Assembly: GCA_010909165.1 (NCBI GenBank)
Contig: MU008196.1
Location: 62,001 to 126,000, forward strand
Direction: 5' to 3'
Length of the DNA stretch: 64,000 nucleotides
DNA from: Anthoceros angustus
Taxonomy: Eukaryota; Plantae; Anthocerotophyta
Shown here in pieces: positions 23,524-36,947 of the stretch; positions within the stretch are counted from its first letter, which is position 1; every line of letters starts with the position of its first letter. The notes under the pieces were generated by a model that ran no database searches, was not told the DNA's origin, and saw nothing but the letters and a program-made list of their open reading frames with translations. The position numbers and the translations under genes were made by a program.

Positions 23524-23713
23524 TGGACCTACAAGCTCAAACACCCGCAGGCAGCGCCAACGCGTTGCAGAATTGAAGATATTGCATGTCTAAGCATGGT
23601 TGTTAAACATCCCGCGCTGGACCTACAAGCTCGAACACCCGCAAGCAGCGCCAACGCGTTGCACAATTGCAGATATTTTCAATGTCTCAGCATGGTTGTT
23701 AAGCATTCCGCGC
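23524..23713. repeat. Diverged ~95-bp tandem duplication in the ELF3/RAD4 intergenic region
   Basis: 23524-23617 and 23618-23713 both run TGGACCTACAAGCTC...GCATGGTTGTTAA...CCGCGC, differing mostly by substitutions. Confidence 0.9.
23671..23679 (-). promoter_or_regulatory. Evening element AAAATATCT
   Basis: Exact match ~225 bp upstream of the ELF3 ATG; the other repeat copy has the EE-like AATATCT at 23577-23583. Confidence 0.65.
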
Positions 23714-23973
23714 TCGATCGGCACTTGGATGGGGTGCCTACAGGAGGGAGTGGATGCCCTTGGTGCTAGCAGCTTAGGCACACCTACATACAAGTTGTCA
23801 AGTACCAAGACCAAGTTAAGTTCATGTTTATTAAAAATGTCTCGCGCTGAAGTACCATGATTGGAAAATTCCATCAAAGTCTACTATAATGGACTTTCCT
23901 TCAGCTGCCAATGCAAACTTGACTAAACTGGTCTTGGGGACATGGGGTTTGCCAGTTAAGTTTGCTGTCCGTC

Positions 23974-26900
23974 ATGGTGGACCCTGATAGCGCGCTGCGT
24001 CACTGCAGCCCCATCTCGACGCCAGAGCCACAGGACGGAGGATGTTTCCGACCAAATCAGCTGCTGGGGAGCGAGACTGACTGCCGGACTCATGATACGT
24101 GCGACAAGCCCAGCGATGAGGAGTTTGAGTGGGAAGAGGATGAAAGTGACACAGCACCTGAAAAGTCGTCTCGTCACCATTTGGAGCCCACTGAGAAGAT
24201 CTCTGCCTGGAATGGGCACGTTGAGGTGCCTGTGGAGGGATGTCGGCAGTTATCGGCATCAAAGCCAACGCCCAGGAGAGCTATGGCCAAAGATAAGGTA
24301 ATTCAACATCGCTCTTTTGAGTACCAGAACTTACATACATGAATATCTAATCAGGTTTCGCTTTTGCTCTGCAGGAGTTGTGCCTGTTGGTGCACAAGGC
24401 TCACCTCCTCTGCCTGCTGGCCAGGGGGCGGCTTGTGGATGCTGCATGCTCGGATCCTCTCTTACAGGTGGGCTTGATTTTGTGTCATTGAATGGCGACT
24501 GATTTTTGTTTTAGCACATTTTTTTTCTCTAAAATGTATCCTTGTTTCGTGAGATATGATAGCCTCGGTCTTCTGCTTATGAGCACGTATTTCTTGCAGG
24601 CGTCTCTGCTGTCCATTGTTCCCCGCAATCTTATTCCAACCATCGTTGCTGATCTTGTCAGTGTGAAGTGGGTGTCGCCTCTTGTAACCTGGGTGAGCAG
24701 TTGTTTAAGTGCAACGATGTTGTTGGGTAGAGGAGGTTCCCTTTGTCACGTTTCCCCTTTATGTGATGAAGCGTTGAGAAGTATGTCGTCTGGTTTCCAA
24801 CCCAAGTTTTACAACGTTGTCAGGGGCGTGACCGCTTTGTTGGTTGTGTCCAGTTTCGGAACAATTTCCAGGTTCTCTCAACAGAAGAGAATAAGCTGGA
24901 CGGCAAGGAAGGTTTCATTTCAAAGTTGAGAGGATCCTTTGCTGAACGAGCTGGCACTGCAGAGGAGGTACTCTCTTTTGGCTCAAACACAGTTGTCTTT
25001 GATATGGCTACACGGACAGGTTGACACCTGTCATTTTCATATTGCGTCTGTGACACTAGCAGCATCGCGGGTGGACTAGGTCACATGACATGCTACTTTG
25101 GTCATATCGTTCTGATGTGCTCTTTGTCTTTATTTCTGAGTTTCATTTCGAAAACTTGTATGGGCACTCTCTAGATACAATTTGCTGATCTCACGAGTCC
25201 ATGCAGGTTGCGGCGCTATCTGTTGCACTGTTCCGCTGCCTAGGATTCACTACCAGGTGCTGCTACAATCATGTTCTGGAAAGCTGGGTCACTTTACAGC
25301 CAGCATCACTTGTTCCTTTCCGCCTACTTTGTTTGGGTTCCCTCATCTGATTTTTTGGCAACTGACTTTGGCTTGGAATCAGTCAGGTATGTCTCTGTCT
25401 TAGATGTAGGGCCTTTGAAGCCTGATGCAGAATTCCTAGATGCTACTCTGGACTGGAAACCACGGAAGTGTGATCCAGAAGGGTTTTGGCCTGTCATCAA
25501 TGACACACATGCTCAACTAGCAAGCCTTGCACAGGCACTTGCTCAGTCTACCTCCGAACGCTCTTTGGGTGATAATGAATCAGAGCCAATTGAGATGGAT
25601 CACCTCCGTCAGACTAGCTTGACACAAAACAGTCAGCAGAGTCATGGCATTTGCAGGCAGGGGCAATTAAAACTTGGTGGACACAGAAATGTTAATAGAT
25701 TGAGTGAGCAATGCATTAGAGCTCAGGCCCCAAATACTCTTGGAAAGGCCATATTGAAAGCTGAAACAGATTTCCAGGGGATTCAATCGCATTTTGAAAA
25801 TGTTGCCAGTTCTTCTTCAGTGGAATCTCAGCCTGGAAGAGAGAATGCAAATACGAAAGGGCATATTGAATTTGAGCGTGATTTGGCACTGGCCATGAGC
25901 GCAACAGCTGCTGTTGCTGAGCTGTCTAAGCCAGTGAGTGAATTGCCTCCATTCGCGGGTGAACCACTGAAGCAAGGGTCTGGCCTTAGTGTATCTTCAG
26001 GTAGACGACCAGGTTTATGCTCGCTTTTTAGTAACCGCAAGAAAGGAACACCTGGGAATCAGAATTTAAGTGTAAGTGGGTCTACTTGGTCACGAAACAT
26101 GGGACCACTACTACATTGGGCTGAGATTTTTTGCGGCAATGAAGGGGTTGCAGGGAGATGGGTACACGTTGATGCTGGGAAAGGAATAGTTGATGGTATT
26201 AATAAGGTCAGAGCAGCTGCTGTGGCGTGCCGTTTACCCCTTCGGTATGTGGTTGCTTTTGCTGGATTTGGAGCTAAAGATGTGACTAAGAGGTAATCTA
26301 GCTTGGGGTTTGTGACAAGCTGTGTGCTTGTCAAGCTTATCAGCAATCTGCAGACAGTCACATGCTTGCCTTTTCGCTCACTGTCTCATTATCTTGCAGG
26401 TATGTGTCATTATGGTCTCTGGTTATGCCTCTGCGAGTGGATGAAAAGTGGTTGGATGTGAGCTTTCGCCCATTAAAGTGTCTTGAAGCAGCAGCCACTA
26501 GCTGCTGTTTTAACCAGCAGGTAGCGGGGGCAGCAACAACAAGATATTGTTTGGACCAGAGCACAGGTGTCAAGGCAAGTCCAAATGGCATGCCCTCCAG
26601 TAAGGCAAATGGGCTTCCTGATACAAATTTCGTTTCAGCTGGACCTCATCAAACAGATTGTACCAGTCCTTGTCAGCAACCACCGAAGTGTGATTCTGCA
26701 GATGGAGAGTTGCATGAGGTAGGCTTTAGGAGAGATTTGGCAGATCGTGGTGTTGTGGAGGATATTGAACTGGAGACAAGAGTACTCATGGAACCATTAC
26801 CAACCAGACAGCAGGTATTACTGTCCTGCCTTCTCACGGAATCACCTTACTCTTGCTTGCTTTATGCTACCTCACTTTAAGTTGACCAGGTGTACAAGAA

Positions 26901-27862
26901 CCATCATCTGTATGTGTTGGAAAAATGGCTCACAAAGTACCAGGCACTTTATCCAAAAGGTCCAGTACTGGGTTACTGTGCCGGACAACCTGTTTATCCA
27001 CGGTCTTGTGTTAAGACATTGCATACCGCTGAACATTGGCTTAGAGAGTGCAGGAGTGTGGTACCTGGTGAAGCACCTTATAAGGTCTTGTTCCTTTCAT
27101 TTTCATCTATGGATGGCTTGGTTGACGAAAGAGACCAGGAAGATTGACACCTTTGTGCAAGCAGGTGGTGGCCAGATCTCATTTAGCTGGGAAAGAGAAG
27201 AGCAGTGAGATGGCTGAATGTACTGTATCACTGTTTGGTAGATGGCAAACTGAGTGTTGGAGTCCACCCCCAGCAGCAAATGGAGTGGTGCCCAAGGTCG
27301 GGATTTACATGCATGAGATTGTGTGTCTCCTTGTGTTTACTGGATCACATCCCTTTGAAGGCACATTGTAATCCTTCACCTAGTCTCTAATGTGCACTCC
27401 ATGCAGAACGATCGAGGGCAAATTGATGTGTGGTCAGAAAAGTGCCTTCCTTCAGGAACTGTCCATCTCCGATATCCTCGTCTTGTGCCAGTGGCTCGAA
27501 GGCTTGGAGTGGATTATGCCCCTGCTTTTGTTGGGTTTGAAATACACAAGGGCCGGTCTCTGCCCAAGTTTGATGGTATCGTAGTGTGCAAAGAGTTCCA
27601 GGCAACTCTTCTTGAAGTAAGTAGGCGTCTCTTGAAGTGTAATCCTTTGGCTTATTTCTTGTCCTATGCACCACCTTTTCAGCACTTATTGATGCTCTTA
27701 ACGTCTTTGATCTTGCAGGCATATTGCGAGGAAGAGAGGCTACGAGCAGATGCCTTGGGAGGGAGGCTAGAAGAACAGGCCATTCTCCGATGGAGGCAAC
27801 TTTTGAGGTCAGTGGCAACTCGCAAGCGCTTACGATCTACTTACCTCAGGGGACAGCTGTAG
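23974..27862 (+). CDS. RAD4: DNA repair protein XPC/RAD4; exons 23974-24297, 24375-24467, 24600-24692, 24854-24967, 25207-25256, 25387-26292, 26400-26814, 26890-27084, 27165-27296, 27407-27616, 27719-27862 (start codon uncertain)
   Basis: LVHKAHLLCLLARGR, VAALSVALFR, HWAEIFC...RWVHVDA, YVVAF...AKDVTKRY, YKNHHLYVLEKWL, LFGRWQTE, VPKNDRGQIDVWSEKCLP, DYAPAFVGF: transglutaminase-like and BHD1-3 domains. All introns GT-AG and in phase. Confidence 0.95.
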
Positions 27863-30800
27863 GGAAAAGTCGCAGTGTTGTATGATATGCCATGCGAGAG
27901 GCGACATTGTTTTGCCCATGATCTTAAAGACGAATAAACTCATCATCTTTGGGACACTTTGGAGTCAAAAGGACTCATCACATGCTGAAAACAGCTTTGA
28001 GGGCTCTAGTCGCTAGTGGGCTTTGAGAGTGAAGAGTTGCATCCGCAAAATAGTGGCTCTGCATCCGCCAAATGGTGCTCTTGACGTCGTCTGTCATTGA
28101 ACTCCTAAATGCAAAACTTTTTCGGATGTAGGAGCAAATTAATCCCCTTGATAATGTGAGACTCCAAGTCAAAACATCATCATTAATAGGATTACACATG
28201 AACGCACCTCATGTAGCGAATTGTGCACAAAACCAATCTTATCCGGGAACCTCTGGAAACGAATTGTGCACAAAACCAATCTTATCCGGGAACCTCTTCC
28301 AGAGATAGCTGAACACAAAACATATAGCATCCCGTATTGCACCGATCACAAAGAAGCATCACATCATCACCGTAGATACGTCCACAAACCTAACACTCTA
28401 AGTCTTTGGATGGATGTCACATTGTATACCGCAGTTGAGAGTCCAAATTGGGTAAGTGGCATGGTGCGCAGTTCTTGAGGTGATCTTTGGCCATCAGATC
28501 CTTCAAGCTCAAGCACTTCATCTTTGCCCACTCGCACGACCTGCAAGATGACTCTACTGGTGGATACCTCCAAGGTGTTGGCTAGCTTCCGATGCAGGTA
28601 GACATAGTCTCCAACTTTGGACTTGCGCTCTTTGAGTTTCCATGTCTCTCTTCTTATGTAAGCATAGTGCAGTTGATCCATGGTTGCGCTATGGCAAGGT
28701 TCTCCATTGCCATAGGCATGATCCGTCTAAAAAGCTCTGCCTGCCTTTTCAGGTCTCCATACACCCTTGCCCATAAGTGTGCGGTAGCCTCAGTGTGCCC
28801 TGTCTTACCACAGGCCCTGCATACTTCCTTCTCTTTCGCTTCATCGATGGTGCTCACACTCAAATGCTTTGTGCGGCCCCCTACGCCGCAAACATTTCAC
28901 CAGCGTTTTGGCAGTTGCAGCGCTATTGGCTATTTGCTCTTTCGATGGTGAGTTTCTTCGTTGAACATGCACTTGGGTCTGCTCACGGTATGGAGCTCTC
29001 CCTTCAGGCTTCTGTGAGCTCGAAGCATTTTGATGTCCTCTAGTGTAAAAGTGCAGGGAGCAATTTTGTAATTCAGAAAAGAACTCAAATTAAAATTGTG
29101 TACAAAACTGTGAATGTGTTTAACTTATATATTGAACCCTAATGACGTTTCATTTGGGCATTTAACCTAACCCTAATATTGCTTAGACTAGGTGCTAGCT
29201 TTACTCCCAACACTCCCTCTCAAGCAACACTAGGTCTAAGGTAGGTATAGCAGACTCCCGCGCATCATCGTCACGGAACGGGATTCTTCAGCTTCCAACG
29301 GGCTCAAAGTTACGCCTAAACCCCAGCGCTCAAGACCGGCTGGTCGTACATTACGCTGGGTTTAGCGGCCGCCATTTACGCTCACAACTCCCTTGTTGCC
29401 ATCAAACCAAGTCACATCCGCCAAATGGTGCTCTTGACGTCGTCATTGAACTCCTAAATGCAAAACTTTTCGGATGTAGGAGCAAATTAATCCCTTGATA
29501 ATGTGAGACTCCAAGTCAAAACATCATCATTAATAGGATTACACATGAACGCACCTCATGTAGCGAATTGTGCACAAAACCAATCTTATCCGGGAACCTC
29601 TGGAAGATTGTGCACAAAACCAATCTTATCCGGGAACCTCTTCGAGGAGATAGCTGAACACAAAACATATAGCATCCGTGTGCAGATCACAAAGAAGCAT
29701 CACATCATCACCGTAGATACGTCCACAAACCTAACACTCTAAGTCTTTGGATGGATGTCACATTGTATACCGCAGTTGAGAGTCCAAATTGGGTAAGTGG
29801 CATGGTGCGATTCTTGAGGTGATCTTTGGCCATCGATCCTTCAAGCTCAAGCACTTCATCTTTGCCCACTCGCCGCGACTGCAGATGACTCTTTGGTGGA
29901 TACCTCCAAGGTGTTGGCTAGCTTCCGGCGTGTAGACATAGTCTCCAACTTTGGACTTGCGCTCTTTGAGTTTCCATGTCTCTCTTCTTATGTAAGCATA
30001 GTGCGGTTGATCCATGGTTGCGCTATGGCAAGGTTCTCCATTGCCATAGGCATGATCCGCCTAAAAGCTACGCAGCCTTTTCGGTCTCCATACACCCTTG
30101 CCCATAAGTGTGCGGTAGCCTCGGTGTGCCTGTCTTCCACAGCCCCATACTTCCTTCTCTTTCGCTTCATCGATGGTGCTCACACTCAAATGCTTTGTGC
30201 GGCCCCCTACGCCGCAAACATTTCACCTTTTGGGTTCTGCTTATTGGCTATTTCTTTCGATGGTGAGTTTCTTCGTTGAACATGCACTTGGGTCGCTCAC
30301 GGTATGGAGCTCTCCCTTGTTCATGAGCTCAAGCATTTTGATGTCCTCTAGTGTAAAAGTGCAGGGAGCAATTTTGTAATTCAGAAAAGAACTCAAATTA
30401 AAATTGTGTACAAAACTGTGAATGTGTTTAACTTATATATTGAACCCTAATGACGTTTCATTTGGGCATTTAACCTAACCTAATATTGCTTAGACTAGGT
30501 GCTAGCTTTACTCCCAACACTCCTCTCAAGCAACACTAGGTCTAAGGTAGGTATATGAACTCCGCATCATCGTCGAGCAGGTTGAACGGGCTCAAAGTTA
30601 CGCCTAAACCCCAGGCTCAAAGAGGTGGCTAGGTCGTACATTCTGTTGGGTTTAGCGGCCGCCATTACGCTCACAACTCCCTTGTTGCCATCAAACCAAG
30701 CTGTCACACCCGCCATCGTTGGGAAGAGATGCGGTCTTGCGGAAGATTCTTGAACCACCGAAGGTTGAGGAGGCAGCCCGAGGATGCATCACCCACGAGA

Positions 30801-31282
30801 AGAAGTCCGGGTGGCGCCATGGGTGAGGTGCGGATCTGGAGGAAGCAGCACGACTTTCAGCAGTTCTCCAAGTCTGGTCCTCTCCGAGGGACTCGAGGCC
30901 CAGAACACAGGACTGAACCCCGGCAGCCGACTCCGTTTTGGGTGGCTTTGCACCGCCTAGTCGCCCAGCTTAGATTGGCGACAGACAGGATCAAGGAGCT
31001 TGAGGGCATCATTGCGGTGGGAGGCCATCCCGAGACGACGGGCGGGGATGTGAAGCGTGCAGCAGGGGGCTGTGCAAGAAGATTAAGTACTAAGGTAAGC
31101 TTCATCCTTCTTGCAGCGCAATGTTCACTCCCTCTGTCTCCCCAAGTACTAACGCACAGCAGCTGACCTAACGGTGTGTGGGGCTTGTGCAGTTATCATG
31201 TGTCCACGAAGGAGTCGCAGACACAATCCATCAATACCTAAGGAACCTACGGGTTCCCGCCCCACCTCCCACAGATAAGTCA

Positions 31283-34200
31283 CTAGCTGTCCAAGTATCT
31301 TGAGTAGTCATCCAGGCCTAAACCTGACATGTGCTTGTAATGTTTATGCTTTACCAAGCCCTTTGTTAACACATCTGCAACATTGTCCTCTGTGCTTATG
31401 TAGCCAACCTTCACAGCTCCTCGCTCTACAGCATCTCTGATATAGTGATGCTGTATTTCAATGTGCTTAGTGCGAGCATGGAACCTAGGGTTTGCGACGA
31501 GAGCAAGTGCAGACATGTTATCGCATAGTATCGAGGTAGGTGCCTGCTGTGTTTGTCCTAGATCATGTAGGAAGGTCCTTTCCCATTCTGCCTCCTTTGA
31601 GGCATCTGTCAAGGACTTATACTCCGCTTCCGTTGACGACAGAGCAATGGACGACTGTTTTTTGCATGACCAGTTCACAGTTGCGGATGCTAGCAGGAAA
31701 CAATAGGTCAAGAGGCTTTTTCCGAAGCCGCTTGATGCCCGGTCGGTCGTAAAACGAAAGCGTAAGTCTCTCGCCAGCTTTATGCATAGAATAGGCCATA
31801 TGTGTGGGTACCCTTCAAGTACCTAAAAATTCTTTTAATCAAGGCCCAGCTCCCCGCCAGTTTTTCTAAAAGCGGGAGGCAGTGCTCACAGTCTTGGATA
31901 TCGGCCTAGTCCGTTTTACAAAAATCGGGCTTCTACTGCCTATAGGGTACATCACGCTTGTCGTGAACCTCATCTGGAGTTTGTGGACACTGTAAGCTGG
32001 TAAGCTTAGCCCCTGTAGAGTAAGGAGTAGTAGCAGGCCTAGCCTCATCAAGCTTGAATTTTCGCAGAATATCATTGATATACTTGCGTTGGTGCACTAC
32101 GATCAGGCCTTCCTCTCGTATCCTTAAGATCTGTACCCCGAGGCAGTACTTGAGCTCACCGATATCTTTCATCTCGAATTTGGTGCTCAGCATGAGCTTA
32201 ACTTCAGCTAACAGAGGTTGACTGTTTGTGGCAAGGATGACGTCGTCTACATATAGCGCCAACACCACGAAGTCATGACCTCGTCACCAGAGTATACATT
32301 TGAGTCGGATTACTGCAGACGAAGGCCCGATGAGGTAGATGTGCATAGTTATGTACCAAACCCTACCACTTTGCTTCAAACCATAAATGCATTTAAGCAG
32401 CTTTAGGACTTTGGTAGGGTTTTCAGAATCCTCATATCCCTCTGGTTGTGCCATGTACAGGTCTTCGTCGAGAGCACCATACGGGAACGCAGTACAAACG
32501 TCCATTTGTTGCAGATCCAAATTCAGCTCGGCTGCCAGAGCAAGGATGATCCGGATGGACTGCGAATGAACGACAGGAGAGAAAGTCTCCTGGTAGTCCA
32601 AGCCTTCAACCTGGGTAAACCCCCTAGCAACAAGCCTTGCTTTGTATCGTGCGATTTCCCCTTTGGCATCAAGTTTTAACTTAAACACGCACTTGCAAGA
32701 GATGGGTTTTGCGTCCGAGCGAGACAAGTTGCAGTCTTGTTCTTGAGCAAGGATCGGTACTGCCTCCACGGCTGCCGCCACTTGGAAGCATCAGGCCCTG
32801 CCAGAGCCTGCTTATAGGAGCTGGGTTCCTCAGCAGGGAGAATGTCCAAAGTAGCACCATAAACTGCGGAAGATGACCGAAAGTCCATGGACTGATACCG
32901 GGGTTCATGCCACTGATCCGGAGGAGGTCGGTGGCGAGTAGAACGACGAGGGCCAGGAGCATCAAGTGCTGCAAAATTCTCAAAGGTGGCCTCATCACCG
33001 CCGTCAGAATGGTCCAGGTCCAAGTCCCCCAATGAGGCTGCATCATCTATGTCAGCGGCAGAGTCGGGAGCAAAAGGATATTGGGCTAACTCATCGACAA
33101 GGGGTGGTGCAGGTACAACTGGAGGATAGGGACTTGCAGGAGCATCGGCAGCATCAACTGCAACAACATCTACAGTATCAGCTGAAGAATCCTCTGCATC
33201 ATCCTCAATATCATCCAGTGGATATGTGGCAACCCTGGAACCCTCATCAAAAGAATCATCAGATAAGCCGTCAGATATGACTGAAGCTGCAGCAACAGGA
33301 GTATGGGGTTCGACAAAGGTAACACTACGGGCTAGGGTCACCGTCTGTGATACAGGGTCAAAAAGTTTGTACGCCTTAACGTGCTCACTATAGCCGACAA
33401 AAATAAGGCTGCGAGCACGATTGTCTAACTTTTGCGCTCATAGGAATGTAGGCAAAAGCCTTAGACCCGAAAACTCGCAGGTGGAGTAAGCTAGGCTTAC
33501 GATGCCAGAAGACCTCAAAAGGAGTCCTCCCCTTGACCAAACCTGTCGACTGCTCAAGATATATGGTCGTGACGGCCTACCCTTGTGGAAGGCCAGCCCA
33601 AAGCAACATACTTCTCGTCATGCCCAAAGAAAGTTTGGTTTTGCGTCAAAGAACGCATTTGCTGGGTATAGGGCACAATCAACTGCCTCTGGATGCCCTG
33701 CTCAGATAAGTACTCATCGAAAGCATTGTTGACAAATTCAGTACCATTGTCGCCCGCGATTACTTTGAGTAGGCAGCCACCAGCGATGTTGGCAACCGAT
33801 CCACAGAAGCGACCAAAGGTGTCGCTCTTCAGTCGCATGGGGATGGTCAAGAATACCGGCTATAATCATTTGCCGTAATACAAAGCCCCTCCTAGAGAAG
33901 GTGTATTTATTTTACCTGAGATGTCAGCATGCACGAGATCTAACACTGAAGACACTCTATGTGCAGCCTTTGGAAAAGGGAGTTCCTTCTGTTTAGCAAG
34001 AATGCATGACTCACAAACAGGTAAGTCCTTAAAACAGCTAGGCAATGGTTCCCTATGGCAACCCTGCTTGGACATGTCTATCAACTTGTTTTTATTGGCA
34101 TGCCCTAAACGCCGCATGCCATAAAGAAGCATCGGATAAGCCGCCGATATGACTGAAGTCTGCAGCAACAGGAGTATGGGGTTCGACAAAGGTAACACTA

Positions 34201-36947
34201 CGGGCTAGGGTCACCGTCTGTGATACAGGGTCAAAAAGTTTGTACGCCTTAACGTGCTCACTATAGCCGACAAAAATAAGGCTGCGAGCACGATTGTCTA
34301 ACTTTTTGCGCTTCTCTGCAGGAATGTAGGCAAAAGCCTTAGACCCGAAAACTCGCAGGTGGAGTAAGCTAGGCTTACGATGCCAGAAGACCTCAAAAGG
34401 AGTCCTCCCCTTGACCAAAGCGGGTACCACTGCTCAAGATATATGTGGTCGCGGCCTGCCCAAGACCCTTGTGGAAGGCCGCCCAAAGCAACATACTTCT
34501 CGTCATGCCCAGCAAAGTTTGGTTTTGCGTCAAAGAACGCCATTTGCTGTTGGGTATAGGCACAATCAAGCGCCTCTGGATGCCCCGCCGATAAGTACTC
34601 ATCGCATTGTTGACAAATTGACCATTGTCGCCCGCGATTACTTTGAGTAGGCGACCACATCATGTTGAATCACAGCAACCATCCACCAAAGGTGTCGCTC
34701 TTCAGTCGCATGGGGATGGTCCAAGAATACCGGCTATAATCATCGGTCAGCGTCAGGTAATACAAAGCCCCTCCTAGAGAAGGTGTATTTATTTTACCTG
34801 AGATGTCAGCATGCACGAGATCTAACACTGAAGACACTCTATGTGCAGCCTTTGGAAAAGGGAGTTCCTTCTGTTTAGCAAGAATGCATGACTCACAAAC
34901 AGGTAAGTCCTTAAAACAGCTAGGCAATGGTTCCCTATGGCAACCCTGCTTGGACATGTCTATCAACTTGTTTTTATTGGCATGCCCTAAACGCGCATGC
35001 CATAAAGAAGCAAGTTGACTGGAAGTCATCGATAAAATGGCCGATGATGTAGGAGAACATCTCAAATCTAATTTGTACAGATCATAATCAAGGAGGCCCC
35101 TAAAGACACAGACAGAGGGAGAACTCTTCCTGTAGAAGCAGCAGGCCTCATCAGTCACGTGTATCTCATACACGTGCAACTGCATGAGCTTGGTCATCGA
35201 CAGAAGATTCTTTGCCATGTCTGGCACATACAGAACTCCTTCGACAGGTTGTACAGATCCATCATTGAGGGTGAAGGTACAAGTGCCATGTCCCTCCACG
35301 CAAAGTCCACTGTCACTGCGCTCATCTCCTAACAGAACTTTGTCCTTCATGCGAAGCAGGGTTAGCTTGGAGAACAAGGTTTTGTCGTTGCAGATGTGGG
35401 TGGTCGCTCCAGAGTCGAGATACCAATCCCCTACGTCATGGACGGTGCTAATGAGGCAGATAGTGAGGATCTTCACTGCGGCTCTCGAGCTTTCTGCCTT
35501 TCCCTTCACGGCCACACTGGCAGACTGCTTTGGGGGCTGTTGCCACTGGGGTTCCCCTGCCTTTTTCTTGCGGCAGTCGCGTGCCCAATGGTCGGGTGCC
35601 CCGCACCAATTGCAATTTCCAGTTTTCTTCATGCCTGAGGAGGTAGAATCAAAACCGGCAGTTGAATTGTTCTTGCCTTTTGGTCTGTTAGGCTTGAACT
35701 TAGCAGCTAACACCTTGTCAGCCTTTGCTCTTCCATTTCGCAGAGAATCTCGGTTTTCCCGATGCAACCACTATGTCGACGATGAGGTGCATGCATTCTC
35801 GGCAGCAACAGCAGCTTGTGAGGTGCACAAGGGTCCATTGTACGAGCTAACGAACTGCTGGAGTGATGCTAGCAAGCTGCTCAACAGCTGGACAACAACA
35901 TGTTCCTCCTCAATCTTATAATTGAAAGAGGCGAGCTGAGCACGGAGATGGCGAAATTTACTGGTAAATCCACCCGCTTTGTCCCCGTCCTTCATTCTTA
36001 GCGCATAGAACTCTTGCCATACGGCACACTTGGTCATGATGTTAGTGACCTGATATGTCTTCCCGATGCAAAGTGACCACTATGTCGCCGATGGAGGGTG
36101 CATGCATTCTCAGAAGACTTGTGAGGTGCACAAGGGTCCATTGTACGAGCTAACGAATCGCTGAGTGATGCTAGCAAGCGCTCAATGGTGGACAACAACA
36201 TGTTCCTCCTCAATCTTATAATTGAAAGAGGCGAGCTGAGCACGGAGATGGCGAAATTTACTGGTAAATCCACCCGCTTTGTCCCCGTCCTTCATTCTTA
36301 GCGCATAGAACTCTTGCCATACGGCACACTTGGTCATGATGTTAGTGACCTGATATGTCTTCTCGAGCTGATTCCAGATCTCGATGCCCTTGGTCAGGTA
36401 CTCTACATCAGGGACAAGGAGTGCGTCCAAGCCATTGATAATGACAGCCACAATAACTTCATTGTGAGCTGTCCATTTATCTTTATCGGCTTGGCTACAA
36501 GTCTGAGGATCCGGTTCCGGAAATCCTCCACCCACAACGCTCGGACTCCGCCATCGTGGACAAGGAGGCGCCCGTTATTGATAATGATGCCACAATAACT
36601 TCATTGTGAGCTGTCCATTTATCTTTATCGGCTTGGCTACAAGTCTGAGGATCCGGTTCCGGAAATCCTCCACCCACAACGCTCCAGACTCCCCGGGCTA
36701 TCAGGAGAGCTTTCATGCGTACTTTCCACACAGGATACAACTTCCTATTAAACCTATCTTTCTCCTTCAGTTCTGACGTGAAGGAGGGGGTTGCCATGGT
36801 TGTTGTCATCCTTGTGATAGGTACAACAAGTGGGTTGGTCCAGAAGTTGGAAATATCTACAGACTGTAGGTCCTCTACACCCTCAGACTCCAAGGATCCA
36901 GCGAAGCTGAGGTCAGATACACTATGTGTACTCTCGGAATCGGACAT
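31283..36947 (-). pseudogene. Copia 2 gag-pol (frameshifted and locally duplicated)
   Basis: CNWCGAPDHWARDC, WYLDSGATTHIC, LWHARLGH, DNGTEF, YKARLVARGF, LALYVDD, RNase H WSCKKQ...STEAEY...ADVLTK. Confidence 0.93.

Noticed and set aside
23233-23769. 178-aa ORF antisense to ELF3 exon 1
   Set aside because: Composed of ELF3 antisense plus the promoter duplication; no recognisable domain.
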